Positions 20,304-29,060 of a stretch of DNA of 64,000 nucleotides are shown here, piece after piece. The notes under the pieces were generated by a model. That model saw only the letters and a list, made by a program, of their open reading frames with translations. It searched no databases and had not been told where the DNA came from. The translations under genes were made by a program, and so were the position numbers. Every line of letters starts with the position of its first letter. The stretch's first letter is position 1. The stretch covers positions 38,656 to 102,655 of IMG/VR virus record IMGVR_UViG_3300033148_007408; one strand, 5' to 3'. The stretch comes from a virus.

Positions 20304-20486
20304 ATGTATGATAAAACGAAATATTATTTTATTACGATCAATTTGTTTAGAGGGCGTCATAAGGATTTAATCAGATGGATCAAAGAGAAAGCAGAACGAG
20401 ATGATAGAAGCATATCCTCCTTTATTATCTCTATTTTAAAAGAAAAATTTGCGGAGGATAAAAATGACCAAGAGAAAATGGAGTAA
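20304..20486 (+). CDS. Small ribbon-helix-helix (Arc-like) DNA-binding protein
   Basis: Strong RBS; FITINLF-HKDLIRWIKEKAERDDRSISSFIISIL pattern; similar to 8751-8915. Confidence 0.75.
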   Translation: MYDKTKYYFITINLFRGRHKDLIRWIKEKAERDDRSISSFIISILKEKFAEDKNDQEKME

Positions 20487-21987
20487 GGAAAAAATTGTTG
20501 ATGAGATAAGAGAAATTGTCGAAAAGCATGGTGAAGAACATCTAACTACTTTAAATCTGGCTAAAAGTTATCCTTTGTTGTATCAAGCTATGGGTAGGTA
20601 TTTTGAAAAACTAGAGGATGCAATAGTTTCTGCGGGTTTTGATTGTAATAACTTTAGACAAAATAAAAGATGGGGCAAAGATGAGGTGTTAGCAGGGTTG
20701 AAAAAAATTGTAAAGAAAAGTGGTAAAGATGGATTAAATGCTAAGTTTTTAAGGGAGAACTGTCCGGCCTTATATCATGCGTCTCGTCAGCATTTTGGTA
20801 GTTTAGAGCATGCCGTTACAGCCATTGGGTTTAACTATAAAGATATTAAAAAACATCGCGATTGGAATAAAAATAAAGTCGTTTCGGAATTGCAAGCGAT
20901 AGCCAAAAAGGATGGTTTGGGGTGTTTGTATCATTGTTATCTAAGGAGGCATAATTCTAGATTAATTGGCGCGGTCATTATGTATTTTGGAAATCTATCA
21001 GATGCAATTACGTTCGCCGGCTTTGATTATGATGAGGTCCGAAAAAAACAAGAATGGAATGATTGTAAAATTATTGAGGCGCTTCAGATAATTGCGCGAC
21101 GAGACGGAGAGGAATGTTTAAATGACTCTATGATGAGAAAAAATAATGGAAAGTTGTTGGGAGCCACTAGGGTGCATTTTGGAAGCTTAGAAAATGCAGT
21201 CCGCGTAGCCGGTTTTGATTATGATAAGATTAGGGGAACCGAGAAATGGAATGGGGATAAAGTTATCTATAGATTACAGAAGATCGCACAAAAAAATGGT
21301 GAAAAATATTTAACACGTGGTTTTGTGAAAAGGAAGTATAGAGGGCTGGCCGATGCTGGCATTAGATATTTCGGCAACTACGGTAATGCGGTTGAGGCAG
21401 CAGGCTTTAATTACAGCGACATTAAGAGACATGAGGAGTGGAGCAAGGATAGAATTATTTATGAATTGCAAGAAGTTGCAAAAGAGAAGGGCCAAAAATA
21501 TTTAAGTGATCATATGCTCAGGAAATATAACGGCAGGTTGCTTGGTGCTTCTAGATTGTATTTTGGCACTCTGGAAAATGCAGTTGAGGCGGCAGGTTTT
21601 GATTATAGTAAAATTAGAAAAATTAATATTTACGAATCTATGGTTAGAGATGTGCTTATCAACCTATTTCCTAATATTGAAATCAAAACTCATTATACCG
21701 GTTTTAAGTGGCTCAGACATAAAGGACAAATGCATGTAGATTTTTATATTCCGACATCAAAAGCGGTCGTTGAATTTCATGGACAACAGCATTATGAGTT
21801 CGTAGATTGGGGCGGAAGTGAGCCATATGAGAAGAAATACGAGAAGTTTAAAGCAGGATTATTTCGCGACAAGCTTAAAAGGAAATTGTTTAAAAAACAC
21901 GGCATTAAACTAATTGTCTTCAAATATGATGAAGATATTTCCACCGAGGCTATTAAAAAGAAACTCATCAAAAAGGGCATACTATGA
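20464..21987 (+). CDS. Endonuclease with six ~64-aa helical repeats (homing-endonuclease-associated-repeat-like) and a C-terminal Vsr/DUF559-like PD-(D/E)XK domain
   Basis: Six W...I...L...L.GA..xxFG.LE.A+.xAGFDY repeats; HVDFYIP...VEFHGQQHY; GGAGG RBS before ATG20464. Confidence 0.82.
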   Translation: MTKRKWSKEKIVDEIREIVEKHGEEHLTTLNLAKSYPLLYQAMGRYFEKLEDAIVSAGFDCNNFRQNKRWGKDEVLAGLKKIVKKSGKDGLNAKFLRENCPALYHASRQHFGSLEHAVTAIGFNYKDIKKHRDWNKNKVVSELQAIAKKDGLGCLYHCYLRRHNSRLIGAVIMYFGNLSDAITFAGFDYDEVRKKQEWNDCKIIEALQIIARRDGEECLNDSMMRKNNGKLLGATRVHFGSLENAVRVAGFDYDKIRGTEKWNGDKVIYRLQKIAQKNGEKYLTRGFVKRKYRGLADAGIRYFGNYGNAVEAAGFNYSDIKRHEEWSKDRIIYELQEVAKEKGQKYLSDHMLRKYNGRLLGASRLYFGTLENAVEAAGFDYSKIRKINIYESMVRDVLINLFPNIEIKTHYTGFKWLRHKGQMHVDFYIPTSKAVVEFHGQQHYEFVDWGGSEPYEKKYEKFKAGLFRDKLKRKLFKKHGIKLIVFKYDEDISTEAIKKKLIKKGIL

Positions 21988-22754
21988 ATAAAATATTATT
22001 AGTTTCTCTTGTGCACAATCGCAAACAATTACTCGGGTTGGCAATTCGTAGTGTATTGGCTCAAACTTTGTCGTCGGATAAGTTTGATTATCTCTTATGG
22101 AATAATGCATCTACGGACGGAGCGGAAAAAATTGCTCGTATCGCGGCGCAGAAATATAAAAACTTTCATATGATTGATTCGAAAGTAAATCTAAAACAGC
22201 AAGGGGCCTATAACGAGATTCTAAAAACCGTTATTCCCAGCCAATTCAAAAATCGTCATGATATAATCGTAATTCTCGATTCGGACGATGAGCTGTATCC
22301 GAATGCACTTTTTGAAATCCAAAAAGTGTTCTCTAAGCACCCAGAAATAGGCGGGGCCTATACGGGATTTTGTCTTATTAATTCCCGAGGATCTGTTATC
22401 GTACCGGATCACGGAAAAGCAAAGTTAGTACCTAAACAATATACGCCGGAGGGACAGTTGGCTCTTAGACGGCTCTTTTTATTAGCAAATCCTTGTGGCC
22501 ATGCGAGATGTTATAGAATAAGTGCTCTCAATGATATAGGCGGATTTACAACAGCCCAAGAATTTTCTACAGATTATGCTATTTTCGGACAACTTTTAGA
22601 AAGGTTCTCAGTAGTAAAAATAGATAAAGTTCTCTATAAGTTTCGCCAGCACGGAAATCAAATTCAGGCTAAACACAGTCCCGCTCAAACGGCAGCATGG
22701 CACTACTACCAAGACTATTTTCGCGAGAGATGGAAGAAACTTAAACTAATATGA
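21984..22754 (+). CDS. Glycosyltransferase, GT2 family; paralog of 19368-20207
   Basis: VHNR, NNASTDGA, ILDSDD, FSTDY, LYKFRQH. Confidence 0.9.
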   Translation: MNKILLVSLVHNRKQLLGLAIRSVLAQTLSSDKFDYLLWNNASTDGAEKIARIAAQKYKNFHMIDSKVNLKQQGAYNEILKTVIPSQFKNRHDIIVILDSDDELYPNALFEIQKVFSKHPEIGGAYTGFCLINSRGSVIVPDHGKAKLVPKQYTPEGQLALRRLFLLANPCGHARCYRISALNDIGGFTTAQEFSTDYAIFGQLLERFSVVKIDKVLYKFRQHGNQIQAKHSPAQTAAWHYYQDYFRERWKKLKLI

Positions 22755-23424
22755 TGCTTTTTAATCTTTCCCTAGATGATTTTTCGCCCCATTTACACGC
22801 GGGTCTTAATTTTGAGTCCATCTATTGGTGTCTCAAACCGAACTTTATCCCGACATTAAAATCAATCTGTTCGTTCCCGCTAGATATGCTCGTCTCCAAG
22901 AAAACCCACATCCGCTCATCCAAAACCCAGAATGGTGCGAAAGAGTAAATGAACTTCCGAGTAACTTTCAGGTAGGGATGCATGGACTGTACCATCGTAG
23001 TTCTTCCGACGATTTTAATTTTCACACCACACAGTCAAACAACGATGAGTTCCGATACTTAAACACCGAACAGGCCGAAGTTGTGGTAAATGAAATGATA
23101 AATGAGTTCGAGCAATCGGGGCTTAAATACGCTAAGATTTTTCGTCCGCCTCGTTGGTCTATTTCTTATGATGTCGCCCAAATACTAACGAAGCGGGGTT
23201 TTACTATAGCCGGACATGATGATTATTTTCAGCAGTGTAAGGGTATTGAAGGGTTAAAGTGGGTTAGCGTGAACTGGCATTTAATTGATGTTCCTCCCCC
23301 GCAAAACATTATAGCGGCGGGACATACGAGCGACTGGACTTATAACTATTTCAACCAAGAGAGGTTTGAGCTAGTGAAGAAGGTTTTGGAAGGACAGGAG
23401 TGGAAGTTTCGGTTTATAGTTTAA
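22751..23424 (+). pseudogene. Polysaccharide-deacetylase-like (DUF2334/NodB-like) gene, frameshifted near 22835
   Basis: N-terminal SLDDFSPH lies in one frame; ELYPDIKINLFVP, GMHGLYH and FRPPRW lie in the -1 frame. Confidence 0.7.
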
Positions 23425-23983
23425 TAATGCCTAATCCGCCCCATTTTTTATTTTTTGTTATTTCGGTGGTGTTGGAGTACTGTAATTTGAGTTCTTCCCA
23501 AAACTTATATATGAGGCACCCAAGTTGTATATGATAAGAAGATTTTGTAATGTCATGTAAAACTATGTGTCCGCCGGGCTTAACTAGGGGCGAATATGTC
23601 TGAAAGTCCCTTTTTGCTCCTCGATATGTGTGATCTGCGTCGATTAACAAAAGATCAACTTCTCGTCGATGGAATCTTAGCAGATGGTTAATTTTTGTCA
23701 ACACGCGAGGGTTTTTGCTGGTCCGGTTAATAAAATAGAGTTGGCTTTTTCTGGATATGATGTTTTGCTTCTTTGGCTTAAAGAGATTATTGTTGTCTAC
23801 TGTAATAATTAAATCAGCAAAATGAGCGAAAGTATAGGCACTACCACCTTTGTAAGTGCCTATTTCTAATACTGTTTTGGGTTGTGCGACCATAAGGAAC
23901 TTAATAAACTCTATCCATTCGGCTCGAACTTGCTGTAGTCCGAAGTTTTTTTGGGCACGTTTATATAATTTTAATGAGCTCAT
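23414..23983 (-). CDS. Class I SAM-dependent O-methyltransferase (Methyltransf_24-like)
   Basis: VLEIGTYKGGS, DLLLIDADHTY, GGHIVLHD. Confidence 0.9.
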   Translation of the reverse strand: MSSLKLYKRAQKNFGLQQVRAEWIEFIKFLMVAQPKTVLEIGTYKGGSAYTFAHFADLIITVDNNNLFKPKKQNIISRKSQLYFINRTSKNPRVLTKINHLLRFHRREVDLLLIDADHTYRGAKRDFQTYSPLVKPGGHIVLHDITKSSYHIQLGCLIYKFWEELKLQYSNTTEITKNKKWGGLGIIKL

Positions 23984-23994
23984 ATAGTAAATGA

Positions 23995-24008
23995 AATATT
24001 AGTAGATT
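23995..24008 (-). promoter_or_regulatory. Promoter-like motif class A variant (AATCTACTAATATT on the minus strand)
   Basis: Lies 11 nt upstream of ATG23983; no RBS between, so the mRNA may be leaderless. Confidence 0.5.
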
Positions 24009-24019
24009 TTTTAAGAATG

Positions 24020-24032
24020 GTGTAATATAAAA
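24020..24032 (+). promoter_or_regulatory. Promoter-like motif class B (GTGTAATATAAAA)
   Basis: Identical 13-mer on the minus strand at 63527-63539; followed by GAGG RBS and ATG24044. Confidence 0.6.
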
Positions 24033-24043
24033 GTGAGGTTAAA

Positions 24044-24661
24044 ATGAAATATTATAAAAAATACGCAGATTACTGGTCTAAACGAAATGAATTAATCGAT
24101 GTATATTGGAACGACGAAGATCTGATAAGACATTCGAAACGACTGGCAAGTAGATTGAGTAGATATGATTTTTCTTCTGTATATGAAATTGGTTTATATT
24201 GCGGGAGAAACCTCAAATATATTCATGACAGGTTTCCAGAGGTAAAAATAGGCGGGTGTGATGTAAATAGATCTGCTCTTAATTATGCTAGGGAAAACCT
24301 TCCGCCAAATACGGTTTTAGAAAATATTGATGTCTTAAACATGGATACAGACGACAAATGGGATATAGTATTTACGCACGGAGTTTTAATGCACATTCCT
24401 CCGGACGGAATATCTTTGGTGCTCGATAAGTGTTTAGAAAAGGCTAATAAGTATGTAGTGCATATGGAAAGACAAGAAAGCGATAATCATATTCTTCGAG
24501 GTGCTGAAGAAATGAAACCCGAAATGGTGTCAGTAGAGTTTAGGTGGGCACCTAATATTTCTGATATGTATCGTGCGAAGGGATGTAATATAATATACAA
24601 AAAGAATAAAAGGGTGGGAATAAGCGAGAAATTACAAACAATTTTAGTAATTAAGAAGTAA
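24044..24661 (+). CDS. Class I SAM-dependent methyltransferase, similar to pseudaminic-acid-associated methylases
   Basis: YEIGLYCGRNL, GCDVN, WDIVFTHGVLMHIPP. Confidence 0.85.
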   Translation: MKYYKKYADYWSKRNELIDVYWNDEDLIRHSKRLASRLSRYDFSSVYEIGLYCGRNLKYIHDRFPEVKIGGCDVNRSALNYARENLPPNTVLENIDVLNMDTDDKWDIVFTHGVLMHIPPDGISLVLDKCLEKANKYVVHMERQESDNHILRGAEEMKPEMVSVEFRWAPNISDMYRAKGCNIIYKKNKRVGISEKLQTILVIKK

Positions 24662-24670
24662 GGAGGCTGG

Positions 24671-25663
24671 ATGGCTACTATCTATTATAGCGTTCAAGGT
24701 TCATTCAATGCCGGAGGTCCAAGCATTCATGTGGCAAAAATGACTTCTGGTTTGGCCCAAAAAGGACATAAGGTAATATTCGACAAGCCACAAAGAGCGT
24801 CGGTGGCAATGTGTATTATTAACGCAGGAAGTATATTTAGAAAGGTGAATAGAGACAAGACTCGTGTAATATTAAGAATAGACGGAATCTATAACAAACT
24901 TTATAATGAAAAGTTCAAGCGTAAAATAAGACCAGATATGATTGCTTTACATGAGGAGTTGAGACGAACTATTCCTTTATTTGATTACATCGTGTATCAG
25001 AGCGAATGGTCTAAGGGTTGTATAGACACAGAGATTTTGCCAAGAAACGACAATTATTCTATTATTCACAACGGAGTTAATACAAAGATTTTTAAGCCGC
25101 ACCCCGACGCAAATAAAAAAGATGGGTTTATTAAATTGGGACATATAGGTTTTATGAGAGACGCTTATTTGATGGAAGTTTTAGTGGGAGTTTATAAAGA
25201 ATTAAAAAGTCGAGGACACAAAGTTAAATTATTTTTATGTGGTAGTATGGATGCTGGTTGTAGTAAAGTTTATTCCGCCAACAAAGACTCTAATATTATT
25301 TACTCACCTCATGTTAAAAATACTCGACTGGCCACTAAATACTGTGAGGCTGATATTTATATGAATGTTCGCCAAGGCTGTTCTTCCAATAATGTAGTTC
25401 CAGAAGCCCAAGCATGTTGTTTGCCTGTGATTACAAGTAGTTGGGGCGGAGATTGCGAAATGGTCGTGGGTGGGAAAACTGGAATAGTGGTGGACGGAGG
25501 AAAGTGGGATTACGATCGGAAATATATTGTCAGCTTATCTGATGCGGTAGAGAAAATAATACCAGATTTAGACGGATTTAAGACTCGGGCTAGAAAACAT
25601 GCAGTTAAAAATCTCAATGTTGACACTATGATTAACAAATATCTAAAGGCGATGAAATTATGA
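24671..25663 (+). CDS. Glycosyltransferase, GT4 family
   Basis: IIHNGVNTKIFKP, SNNVVPEAQACCLPVI; AAGGAGG RBS. Confidence 0.9.
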   Translation: MATIYYSVQGSFNAGGPSIHVAKMTSGLAQKGHKVIFDKPQRASVAMCIINAGSIFRKVNRDKTRVILRIDGIYNKLYNEKFKRKIRPDMIALHEELRRTIPLFDYIVYQSEWSKGCIDTEILPRNDNYSIIHNGVNTKIFKPHPDANKKDGFIKLGHIGFMRDAYLMEVLVGVYKELKSRGHKVKLFLCGSMDAGCSKVYSANKDSNIIYSPHVKNTRLATKYCEADIYMNVRQGCSSNNVVPEAQACCLPVITSSWGGDCEMVVGGKTGIVVDGGKWDYDRKYIVSLSDAVEKIIPDLDGFKTRARKHAVKNLNVDTMINKYLKAMKL

Positions 25664-25779
25664 GTCATTTCATGCGTGATGTTTATACGATAATGGTTTC
25701 TGCTTATTGGAGGTTGGGGCAGAGGGCTGTTGCTTCACTTTCATATGATTTTGTAATGAAACATTTGAGGCCGAAATGA
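25660..25779 (+). CDS. Small hypothetical protein, 39 aa, absent from the ORF track
   Basis: ATGA overlaps with both neighbours; MSHFMRDVYTIMVSAYWRLGQRAVASLSYDFVMKHLRPK. Confidence 0.5.
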   Translation: MSHFMRDVYTIMVSAYWRLGQRAVASLSYDFVMKHLRPK

Positions 25780-26087
25780 ATGGCGAAATGAAAGTTTTAT
25801 ATCGGTATTGTTGCGGTGGTTCATTGCCAAAAATTAGCCTTTTTTTGATGCGGAGAGATATAAAACGCGCTCTTAACTTATATGAGGAATATAGGTATTT
25901 GAGAGGTAAGTTTTTCTGTAATCATCAATGGCAGTTATTTACCATAGTGCCTTCTGGAACTTTCGCTGTATATTTTGGCACCGCGAAGTGCATATGTGAA
26001 AAATGTGGCAAGGTTTCGTATGATAAGAGATGTAGAAATCCAGACGATAGGCTGATAGATTGCTCTAGTCATGTGGTGTATGGATGA
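25776..26087 (+). CDS. Hypothetical protein with a possible Zn-ribbon (CNHQW...CEKCGK)
   Basis: Coupled ORF; Cys/His pattern seen in small phage proteins. Confidence 0.6.
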   Translation: MNGEMKVLYRYCCGGSLPKISLFLMRRDIKRALNLYEEYRYLRGKFFCNHQWQLFTIVPSGTFAVYFGTAKCICEKCGKVSYDKRCRNPDDRLIDCSSHVVYG

Positions 26088-26326
26088 ACTATTTATTTTT
26101 GGAATTATATAGGGATTTTTGTTCAGATCTGTTTGTTTTTACATCAGAGCGATTAGGGTGGAGTTTTCCCGAAGGTTATAAGATACATGTTTTTAACAAA
26201 GAAGTTTTACAGCACATTCGGCCAAAACTGATTAAATTGTTTGTGTTTCAAAAGTCATCCGAGCATTTGATAAAGACATTCACAATAGTTGGAAGCTATA
26301 TAGGAAGAGCGGATAGGAGATATTAA
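26084..26326 (+). CDS. Hypothetical protein
   Basis: Overlap-coupled to both neighbours. Confidence 0.5.
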   Translation: MNYLFLELYRDFCSDLFVFTSERLGWSFPEGYKIHVFNKEVLQHIRPKLIKLFVFQKSSEHLIKTFTIVGSYIGRADRRY

Positions 26327-26676
26327 TGAGCAATTATACGACGGCAGCAGTAGGGCAAATGAAAGCGAGATCGTTTATGTTTTGGTTTCCTCGTCAATGT
26401 TATTCTCAATTTGTGCCATCTAAATATCCTAATCTTAAGGAGGGTTCTGTGGATTTCGGACATGATTTTGCTTCTGATATTGATTATAAATTAGCACATA
26501 TGCTTGTCGATAAAAATGAAAGAAAAAAGCGATTCGACAAGGTTAGGGGTAAAATATTTCATTATTTTCACACGCGATCGGCAATAGCAAACGAAATAAT
26601 GGCTTTAATAGAACTCAAACAGAAGATTCGGGATTATATACGAGTAAGCATTGAGTCTTTCAGAGCCACCAAATGA
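26326..26676 (+). CDS. Hypothetical protein, tandem paralog 1
   Basis: AGGAG RBS; C-terminal half (DYK...RS.I..EI...DYIRVSIESFRATK) matches the next ORF. Confidence 0.65.
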   Translation: MSNYTTAAVGQMKARSFMFWFPRQCYSQFVPSKYPNLKEGSVDFGHDFASDIDYKLAHMLVDKNERKKRFDKVRGKIFHYFHTRSAIANEIMALIELKQKIRDYIRVSIESFRATK

Positions 26677-26981
26677 AAATAGATTATTTTGTAAAAAAAA
26701 CATATTGGAGGTTTATTCCGCCTAATGACTCAAGGCCAGAGGAGGAGACAGACGAATATTACATTTACGATCAAAGTGACGATGATGATTATAAGATTAT
26801 TAAATATCTGTGTTCCAAACAAGAGAAAAAGAAAAACTATCAAAAAATTAAGAAGCGATTACTGCGGAACATGAGACAAAGATCCGTATTGATCTCAGAA
26901 ATTATAAATGCCAAGATTACAATTAGAAATCTTATTGATTATGTAAGGTTCAGTCTAGAGTCTTATAGAGAAACCAAATGA
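26673..26981 (+). CDS. Hypothetical protein, tandem paralog 2
   Basis: Ends DYVRFSLESYRETK; ATGA overlaps. Confidence 0.65.
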   Translation: MKIDYFVKKTYWRFIPPNDSRPEEETDEYYIYDQSDDDDYKIIKYLCSKQEKKKNYQKIKKRLLRNMRQRSVLISEIINAKITIRNLIDYVRFSLESYRETK

Positions 26982-27670
26982 GCAATCTAACTGTAATTAC
27001 CGTTGCTTATGGTGCAGGTGATTTGCTAAACTTGATGATTCGCTCTGTTAAAAAAACTTCTTCTCCGCGAATCTTAATATGCGATACTTTAGGCAACCTA
27101 AAAACCAAAGAAGCGGAAGTAATACAATACAAACCTTCTTTATTGGGTGGCAGTAATGCTCATGGTGAATCTCTTAACTACCTAATAAAACAAGTAAAAA
27201 CTTCCCACACCGCAATAATTGAAAGCGATGTGGTTGTTTTTGACGGTTGGAATAAAATAGACAACTGTGATGCGTTATTAGCAAGAAAGGATAAAGGCTT
27301 ATACCATGTTTGTTTTGCTATATTAAAAACAGATTTAATTAGGGGCGTAGATTTTAGAGCAGGAAAAAATAAAGCAGGCAGAATAAACAATAAGAGTTAT
27401 GGCGCTAAATATGATGTAGGTTGGCAGTTGGGTAAGGTAAAGTTAAATGTGAAACCTGTAGATTTTGTTGATTGTAAAACAGATAAGGCTGTGTTCTTCA
27501 AGCACTTTCAGGGGGATGAGTTTCATTTAGACGGTAAATGTATAGCAGCGCACTTCGGTCGGGGTAGTAATATTGGGGGAAAAGCAATTCGTAAGAACTT
27601 TAAGTCACACTCGGAGCAGTTAAAAGAATGGAAACAAATATGCGAGAAACTCATATCGAACAAACAATAA
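26978..27670 (+). CDS. GT-A fold (GT2-like) glycosyltransferase
   Basis: LTVITVAY, HGESLN, IIESDVV (DxD variant), YDVGW. Confidence 0.7.
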   Translation: MSNLTVITVAYGAGDLLNLMIRSVKKTSSPRILICDTLGNLKTKEAEVIQYKPSLLGGSNAHGESLNYLIKQVKTSHTAIIESDVVVFDGWNKIDNCDALLARKDKGLYHVCFAILKTDLIRGVDFRAGKNKAGRINNKSYGAKYDVGWQLGKVKLNVKPVDFVDCKTDKAVFFKHFQGDEFHLDGKCIAAHFGRGSNIGGKAIRKNFKSHSEQLKEWKQICEKLISNKQ

Positions 27671-27924
27671 AGGGTTATTTGTCTTGGGACGATGTATTTA
27701 TGGTGATTGAGTTTGAAGGCGATAAAGAGATATTTTTAGCATTGATAGTAATTACACAGGATAGTGATTTTTTTCCTTTTGAAATACCCACAGAAAAACA
27801 GGGTGTTAAATACTTAAAAATAAGCGGAGAGACTAATATTTTTGGTTTATATAAGAGAATGGTTGGCGTTGAGCAGTGGGGAGTTAAGTGGCCGTCTAAA
27901 ATTAAAAAGGTGTGGATAAAATGA
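27628..27924 (+). CDS. Hypothetical protein
   Basis: Fills the gap between neighbours; ATGA overlap with the next gene. Confidence 0.5.
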   Translation: METNMRETHIEQTIKGYLSWDDVFMVIEFEGDKEIFLALIVITQDSDFFPFEIPTEKQGVKYLKISGETNIFGLYKRMVGVEQWGVKWPSKIKKVWIK

Positions 27925-28508
27925 AAACTCGAACTGATATAATCAATTATTTAATAATGAGATTTCAATATAAACGATATTTGGAAATAGGCGTAGGAAC
28001 GGGAGACAATTTCAATAAAATAAAAATAGAATCTCGGCATAGTGTAGATCCAAATTATCCCGCTACTTTTTCTATGACATCCGGCAAGTTTTTTCAGGAG
28101 GCATGTAAAGACAAATATGACATAGTTTTTATAGACGGAGATCATAAAGGAAAGGCGGTAATTAAAGATATACAAAACTCACTTCAACATTTATCTGAGA
28201 ATGGAATTGTATTGGTTCATGATATAAGCCCAACATCACCAAAATTAGCACGAAATAAACCAAAAGAAGGCCGCGTCACTTGGTTTGGGAGTGGGTTTAT
28301 GCAAATAGTAAAACTTCGTGCGTCAAATCCATATTTATTTATACGAACGATAGATACAGATTGCGGTGTGGCAATTATTAAACCGGTAAAAGAAAAGCAG
28401 GAATTAATTAAAACGCCCGAACGAATATCATATGTTTTTATGGATCAAGATAGGCGATATTCACTGGGACTTATATCCGTTCAAGAGTTTCTAAAACTTA
28501 ACCTGTGA
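27921..28508 (+). CDS. Class I SAM-dependent methyltransferase (Methyltransf_24-like)
   Basis: YLEIGVGTG, YDIVFIDGDH, GIVLVHD, DTDCGV. Confidence 0.88.
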   Translation: MKTRTDIINYLIMRFQYKRYLEIGVGTGDNFNKIKIESRHSVDPNYPATFSMTSGKFFQEACKDKYDIVFIDGDHKGKAVIKDIQNSLQHLSENGIVLVHDISPTSPKLARNKPKEGRVTWFGSGFMQIVKLRASNPYLFIRTIDTDCGVAIIKPVKEKQELIKTPERISYVFMDQDRRYSLGLISVQEFLKLNL

Positions 28509-28514
28509 GGAAAA

Positions 28515-29060
28515 ATGATTACACTTATTTTAGGACCGATGCATAGCGGAAAAACCACAGAACTTTTGCGTAGATTAGAGCGTTTTCATTTAGCCCAAAA
28601 ACCAACTGTATTATTGCGCCCCTCGATAGATTCTCGTCCGTTTCTTACCCATTCCCCAAAAGATGTTTCGTGGCTTAAAGAGGAGTTTGTATCTTCTTTG
28701 GTGGATTATGATATAGGCGATTATTCTGCTGTCGGGCTAGATGAGGGTCAATTTCATTTAGGACTATCAGAGTTTTGTAAAAAATACGCACCAACCAATA
28801 AAAATATAATTATTAGCGGTTTAGTTGCCACATCAGAATCCGAAATGTTTGGTTCTATGGTAGAAACTATTCCGTTTTGTGATAAAATAATTAAATTAAA
28901 TGCGGTATGTACGGGGTGTGGTTCAGAGTTTGGAAGTTATACCTATTATACGGCAGGAAAAAAGACAGATAAGATAGTAGTAGGCGGAACAGAGTCATAC
29001 ACGGCCTTATGTAGCCGGTGTTATTTCGGAAGAATGGAGGGCGGGCACCATAACACATAA
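28515..29060 (+). CDS. tdk: Thymidine kinase (TK1 type)
   Basis: GPMHSGKTTEL P-loop, LDEGQF, KLNAVCTGCG, VGGTESYTALCSRCY. Confidence 0.95.
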   Translation: MITLILGPMHSGKTTELLRRLERFHLAQKPTVLLRPSIDSRPFLTHSPKDVSWLKEEFVSSLVDYDIGDYSAVGLDEGQFHLGLSEFCKKYAPTNKNIIISGLVATSESEMFGSMVETIPFCDKIIKLNAVCTGCGSEFGSYTYYTAGKKTDKIVVGGTESYTALCSRCYFGRMEGGHHNT

